A stretch of DNA of 64,000 bases from Escherichia phage Ptacy1532. How positions within the stretch are numbered: the first letter of the stretch is position 1; every line of letters starts with the position of its first letter. The notes beneath the pieces were generated by a model. It did not search any database. It had not been told where the DNA came from and was given only the letters and a program-made list of their open reading frames with translations. Shown one piece after another: positions 57,047 to 64,000 of the stretch. The position numbers and the translations under genes were made by a program. The DNA is taken from sequence record PQ863255.1; one strand, given 5' to 3'.

Positions 57047-57115
57047 AATCTTATTCCTTTCAGTGATAAATTATATCGGGCAAGCCCATCGTAGGGATAG
57101 GCTTGAACAAATAAT

Positions 57116-57325
57116 TCAATCGAGTAAACTAAACGATTTCCAGCTACGTAACAAAACTGTTCCGTCATCCATCGCTACGCTAAATTGTAGTAGCTTCTTA
57201 TTAATACTACTCACTGTTAAAATCCGTCCAGTTGCAGCTTTACCTTTATTGCTATAAAGATATATAACACGACGACCTAACAGACGAGAAGGCGCTTTCT
57301 TAAACTCTGAAATATTAGTGATCAT
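57116..57325 (-). CDS. hypothetical protein
   Basis: 69-aa ORF. Confidence 0.4.
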   Translation of the reverse strand: MITNISEFKKAPSRLLGRRVIYLYSNKGKAATGRILTVSSINKKLLQFSVAMDDGTVLLRSWKSFSLLD

Positions 57326-57546
57326 AATGCTTGATACCTTTGGATGTGTTCAATACGGGTAGATTGAGCAAAGGACGCTTTAACAGCCATTTTTCTAACT
57401 TCTTCTTTACGCTGGTTAGCGTGTACAGTATCCCAATGATTATCATCACGTTGGCGCTGTAATATCTTACTACATTTGCGATGGTTTCCCGTGCTGCGAT
57501 GTTTCTCACAAATAGGACACTTGCCAAAATTACTACTGAATATCAT
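57322..57546 (-). CDS. small Cys/His-containing protein
   Basis: CPICEKH ... HRKC; preferred over overlapping 57315..57527. Confidence 0.4.
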   Translation of the reverse strand: MIFSSNFGKCPICEKHRSTGNHRKCSKILQRQRDDNHWDTVHANQRKEEVRKMAVKASFAQSTRIEHIQRYQAL

Positions 57547-57770
57547 TTTCTTAATCCCAGCTTTCTTAAGATACGGCCTAACGTTGTTTCTTGCGTGATA
57601 ATATAGCTGATCGCTTCACGTTCCAACGTTTCAATCTTCATTGGCGACGGATACCATTCACCGGTAATAACACATTTACATTCAACGCCATACTTTTTAG
57701 ATAGGCGGTAATGTTGACCGTTGACAAGATTTCTATAGATCGTGGTATGTGTAATTAACATGATAGTCAC
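57543..57770 (-). CDS. hypothetical protein
   Basis: 75-aa ORF. Confidence 0.4.
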   Translation of the reverse strand: MTIMLITHTTIYRNLVNGQHYRLSKKYGVECKCVITGEWYPSPMKIETLEREAISYIITQETTLGRILRKLGLRK

Positions 57771-57811
57771 CTTTGATTAGATTCTTTGATTAATGCACTG
57801 AATCAATGCAC

Positions 57812-57850
57812 TGATAAAAGAAAAGGCGCTACCCGTTAAGGTAGCGCCTT
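57812..57850 (-). terminator. Rho-independent terminator
   Basis: 11-bp stem AAGGCGCTACC/GGTAGCGCCTT with 6-nt loop, followed by TTTTCTTTTAT on the minus strand. Confidence 0.55.
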
Positions 57851-57872
57851 ATGTTTATTCGAATTGTCTTAC

Positions 57873-58772
57873 TTATGCCGCCTGACGTGCCGCCATAATC
57901 TCAGCCGCTTTACGCAACACTTCTTCCTCTTCTTCTTTCGCAGCTTGTTCGGTACGGGTAGCAACCGTTGAAGAGATACGACCGCGCAGTCCTTCTAACT
58001 TCTCCTGCATAGCTGCGATGGTCTTTTCCATTTCATCAGCGTATGAATCGAGGGATTCTAATTCCTTGCTTGATGCGTTCATCAGATAATCGTCAGAGAT
58101 CGCTACCGTCGAGGCCGTTACTTTCTTGATGAGCGAGTCAAAGGATTTTTTAACCTTGCCGACTTCTTCACTTAAGGCGATAGTGTTATCGCTAGTAGCG
58201 CCGTTGCGCTCATCAGCCAGCAATTTGGCTTCGATACGGATTACATTCAAGCGTTCAACTAAAGCGTAAATATCCTGATTAAAATCTTCCTTGTTTTTCG
58301 CCGGTATTTGCAGGTGTGCCGCCACGTTGTCATTGCAACCTTTGTAGAAGTTAGGATTATCCACTTCAATTGCACGACCTAAAGCAAAGTTTTCGAAAGC
58401 GTTTGACCAACGGGCGCGGTTTTGTTCCATTTTGGCCTTAATTTGCGCTTCTTTCGCGTCTTCTTTAGCTTTCGCCTCACCTTCCAGATTAATCCACTTT
58501 TTACGACCGTTCGCCGCATCAGTGTTAAACTTGATAGGAGTTAAGAAAGTAATTGCAGTGGCAATAACATCCATATCACGGAAACGTTCAGTTAACAAGA
58601 AGTCAACCGCCGCCTGCAATACGTCCAGCTTCTTACCATTACTGCGGAAGTGCTGTAAGTGTCCTAACAGGAAGTTAGAAACATCTTGTTTGATCGCCGC
58701 GTTATTACTGCGAATGTTGTTAGCCAGAGCATTAAAACCGGATTCGTTAACCAGAGTAAAGATTTTAGCCAT
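57873..58772 (-). CDS. hypothetical protein (299 aa, helical; first gene downstream of the ORF-free region)
   Basis: Track ORF trimmed to the ATG with AAAGGTGA RBS. Confidence 0.5.
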   Translation of the reverse strand: MAKIFTLVNESGFNALANNIRSNNAAIKQDVSNFLLGHLQHFRSNGKKLDVLQAAVDFLLTERFRDMDVIATAITFLTPIKFNTDAANGRKKWINLEGEAKAKEDAKEAQIKAKMEQNRARWSNAFENFALGRAIEVDNPNFYKGCNDNVAAHLQIPAKNKEDFNQDIYALVERLNVIRIEAKLLADERNGATSDNTIALSEEVGKVKKSFDSLIKKVTASTVAISDDYLMNASSKELESLDSYADEMEKTIAAMQEKLEGLRGRISSTVATRTEQAAKEEEEEVLRKAAEIMAARQAA

Positions 58773-58781
58773 GATATTCAC

Positions 58782-60751
58782 CTTTCAATTGTAAGGGCGC
58801 TATTGCCCCGCTCTCTATGAGCTTGTTTAAGTCACTATTAACTTAACTATAACCACTCGTTGTTAAGTAGTTATAGGTAAGCGGGGCGGTCTTATCAGGA
58901 GTTAACCTTGCCGCCCCCTTATCCGTGATGTTTCATCTGGTATCTTTAATTAGTCGCTATAAACGAAGCCGACCTGATAGCGATGATCAATCATCACAAT
59001 AAGGCTATGCGTCCGACTCTATTTAATTACATTACTGTAACCGTCGGCAATATCGTCCACTTTGTTTTCGCTCCCGCTTATCCTTTTATATCAGCTCTCT
59101 ATCGCTAGTCATCGCCCACTACGGGATACTATTGCGAAAGAGTCACTAACCGCCTATTATTCCGGCGTTTTATATCTTTCAGCAGGTTTACTACATAACC
59201 CGACTATGTACTTTCATCTTATAATGAATCTCAAGCCGTTCACATCGTAAACGTTCGCATTAAACCTTATTGTTAAATAGCAATTTGCCACTTTTTAACC
59301 ACTCACCGCCGCTCTCAATTGAGCGTTATTTCTTCGGGCTTGCCTACCCTGATTAACTTCTTTCACCGTAGCACCTTGTTAGCGATGACCGCCGCTACCC
59401 TTAACCGTGGGCGATTAGCTTAAGTCTTTGCGTATACTCGATGAATCCGTTTATCAGTGGTGACGTTTCCATCAAGGGATTGTAAGGCTGTTTTCTCTGA
59501 TAGTTTAGAGAGTCTTACATCGTTTTGTCTGGTATGTTATCCGATGGTTATTATCATCTAACATATTCAACCGATATAGGAGAATGTTTAAATTATTAAA
59601 GAGCGGTAAATCTATCAGTGTGCTTTCTCACACTATGCAACTGTTAGCCGTTGTTACGCTTTCCTTAAGCGGTGATTTGCTTAAGTGATGCTCATTATGA
59701 ATCATGTTGTTTTCGCTGTCAACCGCTTTTTAATCTTTTTCGTCGTTCCCGCTATTGGGAGGATATATCAATCAGCTTTATTTGATTGAAGATTAAGCGG
59801 TGATGCTTAACTTATGATTCATATTGTTAAAGAGCGTTAGCCTTTTAGAGTGTCTGCTAATCACTGTCACATTTAAGGCTTACTTATTCATTAACGGGCC
59901 GCCTACACCCGAACTACTCGCTGCACTATGTGCCACCTTTCCCGCGATACGTTGATTTGGGAACTAGTTAGCGATGTTTTGCTAACTTGTGGTTAGTATG
60001 GACTACTTTAACCACGTTTGCAAGCTCTTTTTATCATCTTCTTTTAATTCCTCTCCCTTATCTCGCGTGAATCTATGCGAAAGGGCAAGATGATAAGTCT
60101 GATTTGTCTTTTAGGAATCTAGCGCGCTTTCAAGCATTAATCTTTTGAAAGTATCGAACAAATAAGGCTTATTGATATTGCTTATTGTCCGCCTGCGTCA
60201 CGTATGAATCAGGAATCAATTCTACCGATTAACTGAGCGCCTTATAGTAATGACGTCGCCGCCACCCGTAAGACAAATCATATTTTTAAAGAGCGGGATT
60301 TTTCAAGTCATCGCTGACTATGCTCACTATATATCAGGCTTTTTCGGTGTCAATACTCTTTTCAAGTATTTTCACTTTCTAGCCTGATTTTTAAAGAGCG
60401 TAGCACTTTCATGTGCGTCCTGCTTTCGGTATTCCTACCGCTCCCCGTTGAAGCCTTTTACCGTGATGCTAATCACCTATCGAGGAGTTTTTTACTACTT
60501 GTTACTTACTGCTTACTACGGGATTCATATTACTATACAGGAAAACCCTGTCAATACCCTTTTTTCAAATTATTTTATATCTTACTGTTTTATAAAGGAA
60601 TTTATTTTAGGGAGGATAGGAACTACAAAGAAATCAGGGGGGATAGAGGAACGGGCGCGCGTGATACATCATAAGAAACGGCTTGTAAAGCAATAATAAG
60701 CGGCCTAGAACGCACTACAGCAAGCGAAAAGGGAGTAAGGCATACAATCAC
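58782..60751. repeat. ORF-poor region (~2 kb) with dispersed short direct repeats
   Basis: No ORF of 60 aa or more on the minus strand; ATATTnTTAAAGAGCG at about 59596, 59827, 60286, 60391; TAAGCGGTGAT(T)TGCTTAA at about 59666 and 59794. Confidence 0.5.
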
Positions 60752-60784
60752 CCTATAAAATAGAAAAGCCTCACTAGGAGGCTT
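60752..60784 (-). terminator. Rho-independent terminator
   Basis: AAGCCTC-CTAGT-GAGGCTT hairpin followed by TTTCTATTTTAT on the minus strand, about 75 nt after the stop of 60860..61225. Confidence 0.5.
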
Positions 60785-60859
60785 ACAGGAAGGATTAGAG
60801 AATCAGATAGATTATGACCATAGGCATGACTACAGCACAATACAGGAGAAAGATTAAGC

Positions 60860-61225
60860 CTATGGATTTACACATTGACCGTTACCGGATTCTACTTCGT
60901 TCATGGACTCATCAAAGAGTGTCAACGATGAGCGCATCAAGTGATCCACCGTGATTTGTTTACCAGTGGATTCGTTTACCAGTTGAATAGTTTTATCATA
61001 TGATTGAACATGATCGAAATCATTTACATGTAAAATAATAACTTTAGGTGACTTTTTACCAGTTTCATAATTCTCTACGAGATAGGTACACTGTAAACCG
61101 TCAACCGTATCAGGGGAGAATGTTGCAGCCTTAACGCTACCCATAGCCGATAGCAGGACACCTAACAGAAGAACGACCAGAAAGAAGCCTACAACCATCT
61201 TAACGACGAATTTAATAAACCACAT
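60860..61225 (-). CDS. membrane-anchored/secreted protein
   Basis: N-terminal hydrophobic segment FIKFVVKMVVGFFLVVLLLGVLLSA. Confidence 0.45.
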   Translation of the reverse strand: MWFIKFVVKMVVGFFLVVLLLGVLLSAMGSVKAATFSPDTVDGLQCTYLVENYETGKKSPKVIILHVNDFDHVQSYDKTIQLVNESTGKQITVDHLMRSSLTLFDESMNEVESGNGQCVNP

Positions 61226-61317
61226 AACAATAAACCTTTAGTTAGAGAATATAAGAATAGAGCATATCAGCGATGAATAACGCCACTGTAACAACGAACA
61301 AGCAACGCCAAAAATAA

Positions 61318-61581
61318 TCATTCTTCTTCATTGCTATCCTCGCCAAAAAATGCTACGCTAATCTGTTCCACTTCTTCCAGCGACAACAAAATCCCACGTT
61401 GGGCTAAATACTTCCCAACGGTTATATAATCTTGCACCAAACAAACAACGGGAAAGCGGATAGTTTGAATCTCACCCTTAGAAAGAAAAGACAAATAACC
61501 AGCGTCGACTGATTCATCAAAGGATAACGTAACGCCACCGTAATTATGCGTATCAATTAACGCAATAGTTTCATTCCCCAT
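61318..61581 (-). CDS. small protein, member of a 3-gene tandem paralog set
   Basis: Track ORF trimmed to an internal ATG; shares the PVV..C core (TIRFPVVCLV) with the two neighbours. Confidence 0.45.
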   Translation of the reverse strand: MGNETIALIDTHNYGGVTLSFDESVDAGYLSFLSKGEIQTIRFPVVCLVQDYITVGKYLAQRGILLSLEEVEQISVAFFGEDSNEEE

Positions 61582-61801
61582 AACGTTTCCAATCCTTATT
61601 GTATTTGAGAATAGACACATACTCAGGGCCGGACAAAGTGCCGCCTAAGTAAGTAACCGTCATTCGTGCGCTAAACTCTGAAAGGTTGCACAATACGGCA
61701 AGTGGTACACGACTTTCACCGCGACTACTTGCAACTAACACAACATTATCAAAGATAGTTACGCTATCATTAACAAGGATGTTATTTCCCATTGGTATCA
61801 T
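61571..61801 (-). CDS. small protein, member of a 3-gene tandem paralog set
   Basis: RVPLAVLCNL core; start uncertain. Confidence 0.4.
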   Translation of the reverse strand: MIPMGNNILVNDSVTIFDNVVLVASSRGESRVPLAVLCNLSEFSARMTVTYLGGTLSGPEYVSILKYNKDWKRYGE

Positions 61802-62048
61802 CCTTAATTAATCCTTCACTTAACAGATTAGTCAGTGACAAATCACCGTCAATATAGATTGACTTGAAATCATCGCGGTTAATATCAATACGCACCAATT
61901 GAAGCCATTTTTTGGCCTCATTAAAGCTCATGGAACAAAAAGCAACAACGGGAACTATAATCTGACCATCGCGCATATTAAACTCGATAGATTGCCCACC
62001 AACAAAACAAGAAAAGCCGTTAGATAATTTAACTTCTTTGATAGCCAT
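61782..62048 (-). CDS. small protein, member of a 3-gene tandem paralog set
   Basis: QIIVPVVAFCSM core. Confidence 0.45.
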   Translation of the reverse strand: MAIKEVKLSNGFSCFVGGQSIEFNMRDGQIIVPVVAFCSMSFNEAKKWLQLVRIDINRDDFKSIYIDGDLSLTNLLSEGLIKDDTNGK

Positions 62049-62084
62049 TATTTACACTCCCAAAAGATTGGCAAATTAATTTAT

Positions 62085-62957
62085 TCACTTACTAGCCTTA
62101 ATGCAGTTGGCTAAATTAACGTGAACGGTATAAACAGCGTTATCCGCGTTATTATAAACAGTAGTAGCGATCATCGACTCATTGATCGGGCCATAGCTAA
62201 CAAGGTTAGTAACGGCTTTAACGTCTTCATAACGTTGTACAGTGCCAAATGTCACCATATCCGCATCGTTATCGGTACGCTTGAGAACTAGATCACTGTT
62301 AGGCTGATTATCTAACGTTTTAGATTGAAAGAGAACGCCATCATTAGTAACGTTGCTAAATTTCATCTTTAGCACGATATTATTGCCGTCACTATCTGCA
62401 CCGTTGCAAATCATCCAACCTTTATTGATGGAACTAGAGAAGACACTAGCGGCATCAGTTGCAGGAGTAGTACTAGCAACAGCCTTATCAGAAAGAGATG
62501 TGACCAGTGCACTAACACCGATAGCTGCAACCAGTGCATAACTAGCCAGATTGACAGACTTCATTATCTTACTCGCAACAGTAGGCTTGATTGGCTGTTT
62601 CTTGTTTTTCTTATTCCATGCTTCAACCATGACAGACAAGCGGGATAATTCAGCTTTCACATCGCGGCAAGATTCAGGCCAATCTTTCTGATTCCAGCTA
62701 TCTAAATTTGCCTGAATATAACAATTAATAGCGTCCTGCATATCGGTAAAACCGTTTTCTTTGAACGTGCTTTCATCTTCACACTGTAAAGCGTTCGCAG
62801 TAGAGTTAATGATCAAGCAAGCCAGCATTACAGAGTTTTTGAATCCTTTACGTGCGCTTTCGTTTTCCATCCACGCAATAGGACTACCAACAGTTAAGTC
62901 TAAAGAGGAAAGGCTTTCGTTTGCTTTGTTCAAGTGGTTAATCGCTACTTTTGACAT
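62085..62957 (-). CDS. hypothetical protein with central TM segment (first gene of the minus-strand block)
   Basis: 290-aa ORF; hydrophobic LASYALVAAIGVSALVTSL. Confidence 0.5.
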   Translation of the reverse strand: MSKVAINHLNKANESLSSLDLTVGSPIAWMENESARKGFKNSVMLACLIINSTANALQCEDESTFKENGFTDMQDAINCYIQANLDSWNQKDWPESCRDVKAELSRLSVMVEAWNKKNKKQPIKPTVASKIMKSVNLASYALVAAIGVSALVTSLSDKAVASTTPATDAASVFSSSINKGWMICNGADSDGNNIVLKMKFSNVTNDGVLFQSKTLDNQPNSDLVLKRTDNDADMVTFGTVQRYEDVKAVTNLVSYGPINESMIATTVYNNADNAVYTVHVNLANCIKASK

Positions 62958-63003
62958 TTTGTTAATCCTTTTGGTTGATGAAAACTACAAACTACACTCG
63001 CAA

Positions 63004-63031
63004 CTATATAATAAAGGAAAAAGCTGTCAAC
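63004..63031 (-). promoter_or_regulatory. sigma70-like early promoter for the minus-strand block
   Basis: Minus strand reads TTGACA-16 nt-TATAGT about 45 nt upstream of the 62957 start codon. Confidence 0.4.
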
Positions 63032-63766
63032 CATTTATTTTCTAACTTTATTGCATCTTACTGAAAACTAAAGGAATTTAATTTACTAAACTTCCCCTAC
63101 TCAGAGAATCAGCTTACTGACTATTGTTACTTTATAACACTAATCCTACGGGTAGCAGACCAACATACCAGGACAAACGGGGATACAACAACCGCAGAAC
63201 AGACCACGGGGAAACATAGCCAGATAGTGCGGTAGTAATATACCACTTAAATAATTAGTTAACTATTAATGTAAACTCAAACATCAAAGACGTTCGTACT
63301 TCGTACTCACAAAGGCACGCTGAAAAAGAAAAGAATAAAAGAAATAATAAACATCAAACATAATCTTTCCACTTAATTAATACATACATCATTATTGCAC
63401 TCATAATCATTGCTATTGAAACTATTTACACTCAAACTATGGGGGATGTGGGCTATTACTTATGGGTATTATTAGACCTGTTATTATCACGCCTTTACTA
63501 GTTTATACAGTGCTGGCCTTTCTCTCACTCTTTAAAGGGGAACTAAATAAACGGGTAGCTAATGAATAGGATGGTATACACGGGGAAATAATTACGGGGA
63601 GTAGGCACGGGGAAAGGTGGAACATGTAAAGGGAAGGTAAAGGCATTGCCAATAACCCTTTTTTAAATGAGGACTCCCCCTTTTTAGGAAACGCGCGGGA
63701 AGCGGCTAGCCCCACTCGGTCAAATCAGAATTTTAAACTCTTATATATAAGGTTGAAAGAGAACTT

Positions 63767-63931
63767 ATGTGGAAAATTAAGTTAATCATTAAGCAATTCA
63801 AATGTGATCATGAGTACTATCGGATACGCAAAGCTTACGGGGATGAAAGAGTTCACACCCTTTATAAGTCCACTTGGAGATGTAGTAAATGTGGCAAGCT
63901 TAAACACAGCACATGGATGGACAGGCCTTAA
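63767..63931 (+). CDS. small Cys/His-containing protein (54 aa), first plus-strand gene after the divergent control region
   Basis: ATG with AAAGAGAA RBS; CDH ... CSKCGKLKH. Confidence 0.3.
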   Translation: MWKIKLIIKQFKCDHEYYRIRKAYGDERVHTLYKSTWRCSKCGKLKHSTWMDRP

Positions 63932-64000
63932 TGGAATGGATATTCTGGTTAGTAATAGTTTTCTGTTTATTCATCTGCTTCTCTATAGCGAGATGTATCA

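Noticed and set aside
60411-60696. Two overlapping plus-strand ORFs (87 and 82 aa) inside the ORF-free region
   Set aside because: Low-complexity Leu/Tyr/Phe-rich translations of AT-rich DNA on the non-coding strand of the block, no RBS, mutually overlapping frames
58782-60751. CRISPR array in the ORF-free repeat region
   Set aside because: Repeats are short (10-20 nt), imperfect and irregularly spaced (about 105-460 nt apart), with no uniform repeat-spacer periodicity and no cas genes

Overview
Read by eye only (no BLAST/HMM run), this window looks like most of a lytic, T7-like-replicating tailed phage genome; the sigma-factor gene, single tRNA-Arg and TAATGTATA motif are suggestive of the phiEco32/kuravirus group, which is inference. 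Positions 1-14686 are a plus-strand virion/tail block (tail-collar protein, Ig-repeat fibre, lytic transglycosylase, a 1473-aa internal virion protein). Positions ~14880-62957 are one long minus-strand block: a T7-type primase-helicase, a family-A DNA polymerase encoded as two far-separated genes, nucleotide-metabolism genes (dCTP deaminase, ThyX, PhoH, thioredoxin), an ECF-like sigma factor, four HNH endonucleases, a tRNA-Arg(UCU) and many small early genes. The best candidate for an undescribed system is the co-oriented gene set at 37206-46583: an AIG2/GGCT-like cyclotransferase, an ATP-grasp ligase, a Cys1 N-terminal-nucleophile (class-II glutamine-amidotransferase-like) protein that appears to start at an AUU codon, and a glutamine-synthetase-like amidoligase, plus five unknowns. 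Other signals worth a second look are a tandem array of at least ten paralogous ~80-aa proteins, a ~2-kb ORF-free repeat-bearing region (58782-60859), and two pairs of conserved intergenic elements. Features I placed myself (terminators, tRNA, motifs, sub-60-aa ORFs) were positioned by eye and may be off by 1-2 nt; ORF-track coordinates are reliable.
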